A DNA stretch of 58,919 nt, taken from a virus. Its lineage: Duplodnaviria; Caudoviricetes. The notes under the pieces are model-generated. The model searched no databases. It saw only the letters and a program-made list of their open reading frames with translations, and was not told the origin of the DNA. The stretch's first letter is position 1. Every line of letters starts with the position of its first letter. Positions 28,521-36,447 of this stretch are shown here, one piece after another. Where the stretch lies: IMG/VR virus record IMGVR_UViG_3300036820_000021, positions 1 through 58,919 of that record; one strand, 5' to 3'. The position numbers and the translations under genes were made by a program.

Positions 28521-28787
28521 ATGACACTCCGCCGCGCACATCCTGCCTACCAGCCGTCCTACAGCGATCCGGCCATCAACGCCGCCGCTGTGACGCCGAG
28601 CGACACCGTCGATCTCTCTGCGGTTACGCGCGCCATCTACGTCGGCACCGCGGGCGATCTCAAAGTAACGATGCTCGGCGGCCAGACGGTCACGTTCACA
28701 GCGGCGCCGGCCGGCTGGCATCCGATCTGCGCAACGCGCGTGTTCGCGACCGACACGACTGCCGAAGGCATCGTTGCCGCGTGGTAA
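28521..28787 (+). CDS. Head spike base protein (RcGTA Rcc01079-like)
   Basis: AAAVTPSD..DL...TRAIYVG..GDL.V....G..VTF...PAG..PI...RV.AT.TTA..IVA.W. Confidence 0.75.
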   Translation: MTLRRAHPAYQPSYSDPAINAAAVTPSDTVDLSAVTRAIYVGTAGDLKVTMLGGQTVTFTAAPAGWHPICATRVFATDTTAEGIVAAW

Positions 28788-28890
28788 CGGCATCCGACAT
28801 CGAGGCGCTTGTCTAAAATTGGATACCCACAGATTTCCACATCATCCCCTTGCAAGGAATCGTCGCCTGAGATAATCGGGCTCTGATAGC

Positions 28891-28950
28891 AAACCGCGCA
28901 GGACGTGCCGTTTGTGACGCTAACGCGCTCACAAGGAGTACGTCCCGATG
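28891..28950 (+). promoter_or_regulatory. Late 5'-UTR RNA switch 1 (major capsid)
   Basis: CGCGCAGGACGTGC 28895-28908; GGACGTGC pairs with GTACGTCC 28938-28945 at SD AAGGAG; inner TTGTGA/TCACAA stem. Confidence 0.7.
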
Positions 28951-30054
28951 CGCACCACGATTCCCTTCGGCAGCCCCCTCGCGGTCAAAAAGTGGTCCGC
29001 GTCGCTGTTTGTCGAAACGCTCGCCAAAAGCTACTTCGAGCGGAAGTTCATCTCGACCAGTCAGAACTCGATCATCCAGCGTCTAACCGACCTGGAAGCC
29101 GGCCCCGGCGATACGATCTCGTTCGACCTGTCCATCCAACTGCGCGGCAAGCCGACCTACGGCGATGAGCGCATTGAGGGCAAGGAAGAGAACCTCAAGT
29201 TCTACACGGACGAGGTTTTCATCGACCAGATTCGCCACCCGGTCTCGGCTGGCGGTCGCATGACGCGCAAGCGCACCGCTCACGACCTGCGCAAGACGGC
29301 TCGCGATCGGCTCTCCGACTATTGGGCCGCCTTCATGGATCAGATGATCTTCATCTACCTGTCGGGCGCTCGCGGCATCAACGAGGATTTCATCGAAGAT
29401 ACCGCATGGGCCGGCTTCGCCGACAACCCGCTGCAAACGCCGGACGCCAACCACGTCCTGTACGGCGGAGCGGCCACCTCCTACGCGACCATCACCAGCG
29501 ATGACACCTTTGATCGATCTCTGGTGGAAAACGCGGTGGTTGCAGCGCGCATGATGCGCGCTCTGAACCCGACCCTCGCCAACATGCTGCCGGTCACGAT
29601 CGGCGGCGAGGCGCACTACGTGACCGTCATGTCGACGTTCTCGGAGCACGATCTGCGCGTCAGTTCGGACACGAACGGCTGGATGGAAATCCAGAAGGCC
29701 GCAGCCGCGCACGAGGGCCGCAACAACCCGATCTTTAAGGGCGGTCTCGGCCTCATCAACAACGTCATCCTGCACAGCCACGAAGCGGCGATCCGCTTCA
29801 ATGACGCAGGCGCCGGCAGCAACGTTCCCGCTTCCCGCGCTCTGTTCATGGGCCGGCAGGCCGGCGTTGTCGCCTACGGCACGAAGGGCGGTATGCGCTT
29901 CGACTGGCAGGAGGACACCAAAGACTACGGCAACGAACCGACCGTCGCGGCTGGCACGATCATCGGGGTGAAAAAGACCCGGTTCAACAGCAACGACTTC
30001 GGCGTGCTGGCACTCGACACGGCCGCGGCCAACCCGAACGGCGGCGGAACCTGA
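28948..30054 (+). CDS. Major capsid protein, N4-gp56/DUF4043 family
   Basis: KKWS..LF, GD.ISFDL..QLRG, EGKEE.L, HDLR..AR..L, G.KKTRFN..DFG. Confidence 0.92.
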   Translation: MRTTIPFGSPLAVKKWSASLFVETLAKSYFERKFISTSQNSIIQRLTDLEAGPGDTISFDLSIQLRGKPTYGDERIEGKEENLKFYTDEVFIDQIRHPVSAGGRMTRKRTAHDLRKTARDRLSDYWAAFMDQMIFIYLSGARGINEDFIEDTAWAGFADNPLQTPDANHVLYGGAATSYATITSDDTFDRSLVENAVVAARMMRALNPTLANMLPVTIGGEAHYVTVMSTFSEHDLRVSSDTNGWMEIQKAAAAHEGRNNPIFKGGLGLINNVILHSHEAAIRFNDAGAGSNVPASRALFMGRQAGVVAYGTKGGMRFDWQEDTKDYGNEPTVAAGTIIGVKKTRFNSNDFGVLALDTAAANPNGGGT

Positions 30055-30131
30055 GCCTAACCGGTTAACGGGGCGCTCTCACGGGCGCCCCGCAAGCCGC
30101 AGCGTCATCCATTCCACAAGGAGCCAGCACT

Positions 30132-30599
30132 ATGGCACTCATTCAGACTGAATACGCCACCGGCCAAGAAGTTGCCCCGACGCCCGGCTGCGCTGGCGAA
30201 ATGGTTAGCTACCGCTCGACCTACGCCTTTGCGACCGGCGATCTCCTTGCCAACAACATCGTTGAGATGGGTCCGATTCCGGCCGGCTGCGAACTCGTTG
30301 ACGTGATCCTCGACAGCGACGAACTCGATAGCAGCACCGGCCTCACGGTCGATGTCGGTATCATTGACGGCGATTTTGGTGCGCTGCTCGACGGCTCAGG
30401 CGACGCCCGCACCTGCGATGCTTCGATCATCAGCGCCACCACTACGCCGCAGGCTGGCGGTGTTGTTCGCCCGACGCTCGCCAGCGCCTTCCGAATTGCC
30501 CGCAACGCTTCCGACCAGGGCATCGGCGTGAAAATCCACGCCGCCCCGACAACCGCCGTGGCCGGCACGCTCGGCCTCACGGTCATCTATCGCGGCTAA
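30132..30599 (+). CDS. Virion/capsid decoration protein
   Basis: AAGGAG SD; beta-rich; follows MCP. Confidence 0.65.
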   Translation: MALIQTEYATGQEVAPTPGCAGEMVSYRSTYAFATGDLLANNIVEMGPIPAGCELVDVILDSDELDSSTGLTVDVGIIDGDFGALLDGSGDARTCDASIISATTTPQAGGVVRPTLASAFRIARNASDQGIGVKIHAAPTTAVAGTLGLTVIYRG

Positions 30600-30710
30600 T
30601 CACCGCGATTGCGGCCGGTTCCGGTTTGACGGCCGTAAGCTCCGCCGAGGTTTACCCGGACCTCGGCGGAGCGTCCCTACCAAGCCGACACAGCAAAACC
30701 GGAGACATCC

Positions 30711-31100
30711 ATGCTCATCGAGAGTTTGATCCGCCGCAAGAACGGCACGACTGTCACGCTCGGCACCAAGCCGAACACTCGCACGTACACGTTCAAGGCG
30801 ACCCCGCCCGATCCGCGCCATGTGGCTGACGTGACGAATGATGACGACGTGGATACGTTGGTGGCGATCAAAGAGGGCTACCGCCTTGCCAGGACAGCGC
30901 CAGCGGCGCCGGCAAAGGGCGCGGCCGCTCCGCCGGCCGCTCCACCGGCCACTCCGCCCGTTCTGACTGTCGCCCAGGTCGGCGGCGCAAAGGGCAAATG
31001 GTACGTCATGAACGGCGCCAAGCCGGTATCGCCGGCCTTCGCCGAAAAGAGCGACGCCGACGCCGCGCTGGCGGCGACGGAAAAGAAGGACGGCGAGTAA
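30711..31100 (+). CDS. Virion-associated protein
   Basis: MLIES.IRR..GT...Y.F....HVA.V..L.AI.EGYR. Confidence 0.6.
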   Translation: MLIESLIRRKNGTTVTLGTKPNTRTYTFKATPPDPRHVADVTNDDDVDTLVAIKEGYRLARTAPAAPAKGAAAPPAAPPATPPVLTVAQVGGAKGKWYVMNGAKPVSPAFAEKSDADAALAATEKKDGE

Positions 31101-31113
31101 GCCGTCTTTCCCG

Positions 31114-31818
31114 ATGTCATTCACGGCACAGGACGTTATGACGGCGGCGGGCTTCGCTCTCAACGATGAGGGCGCGACCCGCTGGACGTTTCCTGAACTG
31201 TGCTTTTGGCTCAACGAGGGCATCAGGGCGCTTGTCCTCGCGCGGCCGTTTTGCGCCTCCAAGACCATCACGTTGACGATGCAAGCCGGGACATATCAGG
31301 AAGTTCCGATTGAGTATCTGACGTTGCTGCGGCTCACGCGCAACATCTCGGATGTCGGGCCCCCGCGCGTCGGCGGTCGGGCGATTCGCATCACCACGCA
31401 TGACGCGCTCGATGCCTCGTGCCCCGAGTGGCATAACCCGAAAATCATCAAATATTCGCCGCAGGTTCGCCAGTTCATCTTTGATGATGACGATCCGCGT
31501 AGCTTTTACGTCTATCCCGGCAATGACGGGACCGGCGTTGTCGAGGGGATTGTCTCGGCGCTGCCTTGCATGGTTGTCGCCACGGGCGACATCGACACGC
31601 TGGCCTCTTATGCCGTCGACGTTGACGTGAAGGACATCTATCAGCCACCGCTTCTCGACTACGTGCTCTATCGGGCGATGTCGAAAGACGACACTGACGG
31701 CAACCCGGCCGGCGCCGCGTCGCATCTTCAGGCGTTCATCGCGGCTGTCGGGGCCGATGTGCAAGTGGCAGGCGCGGACAGCCCGAACGCGCAGCCCAAC
31801 GAACATCCGAAGGTGTGA
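31114..31818 (+). CDS. Head-tail adaptor-like protein
   Basis: RW...EL..WLNEG..FYVYP..LLDYVLYRA.SKD. Confidence 0.7.
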   Translation: MSFTAQDVMTAAGFALNDEGATRWTFPELCFWLNEGIRALVLARPFCASKTITLTMQAGTYQEVPIEYLTLLRLTRNISDVGPPRVGGRAIRITTHDALDASCPEWHNPKIIKYSPQVRQFIFDDDDPRSFYVYPGNDGTGVVEGIVSALPCMVVATGDIDTLASYAVDVDVKDIYQPPLLDYVLYRAMSKDDTDGNPAGAASHLQAFIAAVGADVQVAGADSPNAQPNEHPKV

Positions 31819-32447
31819 GGATGATCGACTTTGACGCATTTCTGCCGCTGATCGAGCCCAACGCGACCAACGCGCCCGAGCCGTTGATCTTTCAATCGCT
31901 GCGGCTTGCGGCGATTCGCTTTTGCGAGCGCACGCGCCTATGGCGCGACAGCGACACAATCGTCACCGATGGCGTCGAGGAGGAGCCGATCGCGGTGCCG
32001 AACGATTCTGTCCTCTTCGAGGTTGCCGCTTGCGCGCAGGGGCGCCGTCATCTGACACCGATCACTCTTGCGGAGCTCGCGATTCGGCGGCCGCTGTGGC
32101 GCACCGAGTGTGTCGGCGGCTGTGACGGCTCGCGCTGGTACGTGTGCCCCTCGTGGGGAACGATCTGGGCGATACCGCGCTGCCCCGGCACGCTCACTGT
32201 AGAAACTGTGCTTAAGCCCAGCGCGACGGCGAGAACGCTTCCTGATTTCATGCTCGATCAGTATGGAACGGACATCGCGCGCGGCGCCTCGTCGCTCGTG
32301 CTGGCAAAGCCGAACGCGGCGTTCGGCAACGCGCAACTCGCAATGGCGCTCGGCGGCATGTTCGAACAGCGGCTCGGAACTCTCTCAAACATGGGAAGCG
32401 CCGGCCAACAGAAGGCGAAGGCGCGCACTCGCGCGCGCTTCATGTAA
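31815..32447 (+). CDS. Virion (adaptor/tail) protein
   Basis: P.P....LR.AAI.FCERT.LWR..LKPS..A..LPD. Confidence 0.65.
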   Translation: MRMIDFDAFLPLIEPNATNAPEPLIFQSLRLAAIRFCERTRLWRDSDTIVTDGVEEEPIAVPNDSVLFEVAACAQGRRHLTPITLAELAIRRPLWRTECVGGCDGSRWYVCPSWGTIWAIPRCPGTLTVETVLKPSATARTLPDFMLDQYGTDIARGASSLVLAKPNAAFGNAQLAMALGGMFEQRLGTLSNMGSAGQQKAKARTRARFM

Positions 32448-32461
32448 TAAGGGGCGGCTCA

Positions 32462-32893
32462 ATGTCAGTGCAATGGTCGACAACGCTGCGCGACGCGCTG
32501 CTCGATGAGTTCGAGGTCACCATCGGCACGAGCGCCATCGTGATCATGTACTCGGGCGCACAGCCGGCCAACTGCGCCACCGCTGCGAGCGGGACAGTGC
32601 TGGCGACCGTCGATCTCGACTCGGATTGGATGGGCGCTGCGTCGGCCGGTTCGAAGGCCATGATTAAGAGCGCCGCAACCGTCACCACGAGCAACCCATA
32701 TGACGTGACCGCAAGCGCGGCCGGAACGATCGGCTATTACCGCATCTACGCCTCTGACGGCACCACTTGCCACGAGCAGGGCACCGTGACGATTACCGGC
32801 AGCGGTGGCGACATGACGGTTGACAACACTTCCCTGCAAGCCGGGCAGCATTTCCAACTGACTGGTTACCAAAAAAATGCAGCGGGAGCCTAA
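32462..32893 (+). CDS. Virion structural protein (endonuclease target gene)
   Basis: YSG.QPA....A.GT.LAT..A...GT.GYYR....GT...QG.V...GGDM..DNT. Confidence 0.7.
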   Translation: MSVQWSTTLRDALLDEFEVTIGTSAIVIMYSGAQPANCATAASGTVLATVDLDSDWMGAASAGSKAMIKSAATVTTSNPYDVTASAAGTIGYYRIYASDGTTCHEQGTVTITGSGGDMTVDNTSLQAGQHFQLTGYQKNAAGA

Positions 32894-33545
32894 AGTGGAC
32901 TGGTCTTACATCGCCGGTTATTTCGATGGTGAGGGCCATGTCGGCAATCACCCCAACGGGAAATATCGGATCAGCAGCTTGGTTTGGTACAACACGCACC
33001 GATTAAGCTTGGAAGCGATTCGAGATTTCATGGGCTTCGGTACCGTTTATTTAGTCCAGAAACGACCGGGTCGGCGCCAAGGCTACTATTTGAAGATCGG
33101 CCGCAAAATTGATCTCTTGTCAGCCATTGACGGGATGCTGCCCTTTTTAATCGTGAAGCGCGACGCGGCGGTTCTATTGCGCGAACATCTCCGGCTGCAC
33201 GTTGACGAGACTAGAAGCGAAAATTACGGAAAAGCTGCGTCGCTGTCGGTTGAGCAGCTTAAGAACTGGTACGAAGTGGGAAAACTCAGCGTTCCTGAAA
33301 TTGCAAAAAAGATTGGCGTGCACTCAACTGCCATCAGCACGGCATTACGGCGGCATGGCATAAGTATACGTCCGCGCAACGCAGGGCATTTGAAGGGGCG
33401 CCCAAAATCTGAGGCGACCAAAGAGAAGATGCGAGCGACTCAGCTAAAGAAGTGGGAAAATCCCACGTTTCGTGCAGCGCAGATAGCCGCGATGGCCCTT
33501 GGAAAGTCCAAGGGCGGCTACCAGAAAAACGCGGCAGGCGCGTAA
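32877..33545 (+). CDS. Free-standing LAGLIDADG homing endonuclease with HTH and NUMOD3-like tail
   Basis: WSYIAGYFDGEG; PFLIVKR; SVPEIAKKIGV HTH; KGRPKSEATKEKM; atypical lower-GC codons. Confidence 0.85.
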   Translation: MQREPKVDWSYIAGYFDGEGHVGNHPNGKYRISSLVWYNTHRLSLEAIRDFMGFGTVYLVQKRPGRRQGYYLKIGRKIDLLSAIDGMLPFLIVKRDAAVLLREHLRLHVDETRSENYGKAASLSVEQLKNWYEVGKLSVPEIAKKIGVHSTAISTALRRHGISIRPRNAGHLKGRPKSEATKEKMRATQLKKWENPTFRAAQIAAMALGKSKGGYQKNAAGA

Positions 33546-33550
33546 CCACG

Positions 33551-34276
33551 ATGGCCCAACTGCTCGACCGCTGCTCATTCACTCCTACCGCGGGCACCAC
33601 CGCGGATTTTGTCGTCAGTGCGGCCACGCCCGGCTTCATGGCTCCCGCGACCGCGGGCGCCGTGGATGGCGTTGTGTATTCGTTTTTCGCGCAGAGCAGC
33701 GATCTCTCACAGTGGGAAATTGGCCGCTACACCTGGAACCTATCCGGGACCAAAATGGTGCGCACGACGATCATCGCATCGTCAAATAGCGGATCGAAGG
33801 TCAATTTCTCGGCGGCGCCGACCGTCTCCTGCGATGCTCTCGCGGAGGATTTGGGGCGGAATGTCTGCCGGATGAGACGGACTACCGCTTTCTCGCACGC
33901 CTACGCGAGCGTTCCGGCCGCAATCTCACTTGGTACCGTCGACATCGACACAAACGGATCAATGGGCAATGGCACCAACGGCTACATCACGATTAAAGTT
34001 GCCGGCATCTATCAAATCACGGGGACGGTCTATTACTCAGGGCAGACGGCGGGCGACGCTCTCCGTGTGTGGATTTACATCAATGGGGCAGCCTACGCCT
34101 CGGCTTCGATACCCGCTGAGGTCAACGGCGACGGCAGTATCAGCGTCACTTGCCTTTATAGCGGCGCCGTATCTGACATCATCGCCCTCTACGGCGACGC
34201 CCAAACATCGGCTTCCATTACCACCGCGACCAGCACCGGATTAATGCCAGTGCTTGAAGTCTCGCAGGTGGCCTGA
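33551..34276 (+). CDS. Fibre/spike-like virion protein with C1q-like C-terminus
   Basis: WEIG...RT.I.SSN..VNF; ITIKVAGIYQITG.V. Confidence 0.6.
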   Translation: MAQLLDRCSFTPTAGTTADFVVSAATPGFMAPATAGAVDGVVYSFFAQSSDLSQWEIGRYTWNLSGTKMVRTTIIASSNSGSKVNFSAAPTVSCDALAEDLGRNVCRMRRTTAFSHAYASVPAAISLGTVDIDTNGSMGNGTNGYITIKVAGIYQITGTVYYSGQTAGDALRVWIYINGAAYASASIPAEVNGDGSISVTCLYSGAVSDIIALYGDAQTSASITTATSTGLMPVLEVSQVA

Positions 34277-34950
34277 TGCTCGGGCGCGGCACACTCGGAT
34301 CACGACCGCTTGGTGGGTTTTTCATCTCCACCATCGTCCACGCGAGCGCGGACCAAACCTTTGCGCCGTTCTCGCAAGCCGAGACCGGCCAAGCGATCGT
34401 CAAAGAGACCGCCGCCGAGTCCTTTGCGCCCTTCACGCAAGACGCTACGGGCGAAGCTGTCGTCAAAGGGTCCGCCGACCAGACCGTTGCCGTTTTCGGC
34501 GTCGACCAGACGGCGGAAGTGCTGGTCAAGGCTTCCGCAACACAGACAATCGCGGTATTCGCCAGCACATCGACAGGGCAGCTACCCGTCAAGGGCGTCC
34601 AAGCGCAGGATTTCGACCCGTTCAGCGATTCCGAGACGGGCCGCGATTTCGTCATGGCGTCCGCCAGTCAAGCCTTTGCGCCTTTCGCGCAGGCAGCGAT
34701 GGGGCACGCCGTCCCCGTTCCGCCGTGGATGATCGAGTACGTACAGATCAGGCCGGCAGACCGCACGGTGCACATCGACCCGATTCCGCGCGTAACCATC
34801 AGCGCTGGACCTGGAAGAACAGTGCGTATCCCGAGCGAAGATCGAACCATATCGCTGCGTGACTACGCCAGAACAGTTAAGGTGCTGGCGCCCAAGCCTG
34901 TCACGATTCCCTTGGAACGGCGCACGGTCACAATCAGGAGGGCCGCATAA
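34276..34950 (+). CDS. Virion protein with ~21-aa repeats
   Basis: Repeated A.Q(T/S/A)FAPF.Q...G.A.VK. Confidence 0.55.
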   Translation: MLGRGTLGSRPLGGFFISTIVHASADQTFAPFSQAETGQAIVKETAAESFAPFTQDATGEAVVKGSADQTVAVFGVDQTAEVLVKASATQTIAVFASTSTGQLPVKGVQAQDFDPFSDSETGRDFVMASASQAFAPFAQAAMGHAVPVPPWMIEYVQIRPADRTVHIDPIPRVTISAGPGRTVRIPSEDRTISLRDYARTVKVLAPKPVTIPLERRTVTIRRAA

Positions 34951-35264
34951 TGCCATCGTTGGACAAATTCCAGCAAACGCCGTCCGAGGTCAAAAAGTAC
35001 GTGTTCGACTATACGTGTGCACTCGATGACGACGAGACGATCAGCACGCTCGCCTACGCCACTGAAACCGTCCCGGCGCCAGGATGCGTCACGCCGGCTG
35101 CAATCACGGCAGGAAGCGGACAGGTCGAATCGGGCGGCAAGATCGCTTTTTTCCTTGTGAGCGGCGGCAGCGACGGCGCCAACTACAAGGTTTCTCTGCT
35201 CGTAACCACGTCGGCCGGGCAGACCTTGGAGAACACCATATCCGTGCAAATCAAGTCGCCGTAG
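34950..35264 (+). CDS. Fibre-tail adaptor-like protein
   Basis: P.E...Y.FDY..SGG.DG.NY.V...VTTS.G.T.E. Confidence 0.65.
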   Translation: MPSLDKFQQTPSEVKKYVFDYTCALDDDETISTLAYATETVPAPGCVTPAAITAGSGQVESGGKIAFFLVSGGSDGANYKVSLLVTTSAGQTLENTISVQIKSP

Positions 35265-35305
35265 ATTGCGGCATACGGCGCTTTAGGCTTATAAAGCGCT
35301 GATCT

Positions 35306-35344
35306 CCGCGCAGGACGTGCGGCCGAAAGGAACGCACGTCCATG
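35306..35344 (+). promoter_or_regulatory. Late 5'-UTR RNA switch 2 (tail fibre operon)
   Basis: CCGCGC-AGGAC-GTGCGG hairpin versus perfect 9-bp GGACGTGCG/CGCACGTCC stem ending at the ATG and enclosing SD AAGGA. Confidence 0.75.
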
Positions 35345-36445
35345 TCTGTCGTCATCAAAAACAACGCGACCACGACCCTCGCGGGCGCCATTCTCTCGAC
35401 CGACACGACGCTTTCCGTTGCGTCCGGGACCGGCTCCGAGTTTCCCGCCCTCAGTGATGGCGATTGGTTCCCGCTCACAGTCGTCGATTCCAGCGCCAAC
35501 CTGGAAACCATGAAATGCACGGCCATAGATGGCGACGTGCTCACGGTATCGCGGGGACAAGAAGGCACCACCGCTGCAGCGTTCGCCTCCGGTAGCCGCG
35601 TCGATCTGCGGTTGACGGCTGCGGCCATTGCCGAAATCCAGACCAATATCGCCAATCTGCAGACGCTGGCGGCCACGCTGGCGCCGCTTGCAAGCCCGCC
35701 GCTGACCGGCGAGCCCCTCGCGCCGACCGCGGCAAACGGCACGAACACAACGCAGGTCGCCACCACAGCCTTTGTTGCCGACGCGCTTGCAAATGGCGTT
35801 CCGGGCACGACGCCGGCGACATACGCCGGCGTCCCGAGCGGAACAGTTGTTTTCACGCTCGTTAAGACAGCACCATCTGGTTGGTTGCTTTTTGACGACG
35901 GCACAGTCGGCGATGCGAGCTCTGGCGCGAGCTACGCCGACCCCGACGCAGAGGCGATCTTCGACCTCCTGTACTCCAACACATCGGACTCAAACTGTCC
36001 GATCCTTGCCTCTGACGGCAGCGCGACCACGCGCGCGACGCAAACCGACGCCGCTACAGCGTGGGCGGCGCATTGCCGCATGTCTCTCCCAAAGGTGTTA
36101 GGACGTGCGCTAGCCGGCACCGGAACACCGAGTGCTGGTGGCGTCCTGGGCGCATGGGGCATAGGCCAAACGTTCGGCGAGGAAGAGCACACGCTTACCG
36201 GCGGCGAAATGCCGATACACAATCACGGCTTTACTGGCACGCAACAGCAATGGACCTCAGATCAAAACGACATTGACGTTGGCAGCGGCGACGCGTCTGG
36301 CCCAAGTGGCGGCCGTGGCAAATCAACCACGCAAGCTATCACTGTAACAATCACCCCGGAAGGTAGCATCGGTGACAGCGGCGGCGGGGGGGCCCACAAC
36401 ATCATCTCGCCGACGATCCACTTGAACGTAATCATAAAGCTGTAA
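35342..36445 (+). CDS. Tail fibre protein with collar-like domain
   Basis: NNA.TTL..V.RGQEGT.A, SP.LTG.P.APT..TQ.ATTAFV, GEE.HTLT..EMP.H.H, AHN..P...LN.IIK. Confidence 0.85.
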   Translation: MSVVIKNNATTTLAGAILSTDTTLSVASGTGSEFPALSDGDWFPLTVVDSSANLETMKCTAIDGDVLTVSRGQEGTTAAAFASGSRVDLRLTAAAIAEIQTNIANLQTLAATLAPLASPPLTGEPLAPTAANGTNTTQVATTAFVADALANGVPGTTPATYAGVPSGTVVFTLVKTAPSGWLLFDDGTVGDASSGASYADPDAEAIFDLLYSNTSDSNCPILASDGSATTRATQTDAATAWAAHCRMSLPKVLGRALAGTGTPSAGGVLGAWGIGQTFGEEEHTLTGGEMPIHNHGFTGTQQQWTSDQNDIDVGSGDASGPSGGRGKSTTQAITVTITPEGSIGDSGGGGAHNIISPTIHLNVIIKL

Positions 36446-36447
36446 TC

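Noticed and set aside
28850-28876. TTGCAA...GATAAT late promoter, and TTGC upstream of all four switches
   Set aside because: The spacer is only 15 bp and the distance to the motif varies from about 32 to 55 nt; not supportable without TSS data.
31126-31137. GCACAGGACGTT near the start of the adaptor gene
   Set aside because: Partial match inside the CDS with no competing anti-SD stem; may be chance.
32864-33515. Group I intron or intein
   Set aside because: The insert is essentially all ORF with no room for a ribozyme core; the host gene has its own stop; no intein terminal residues.
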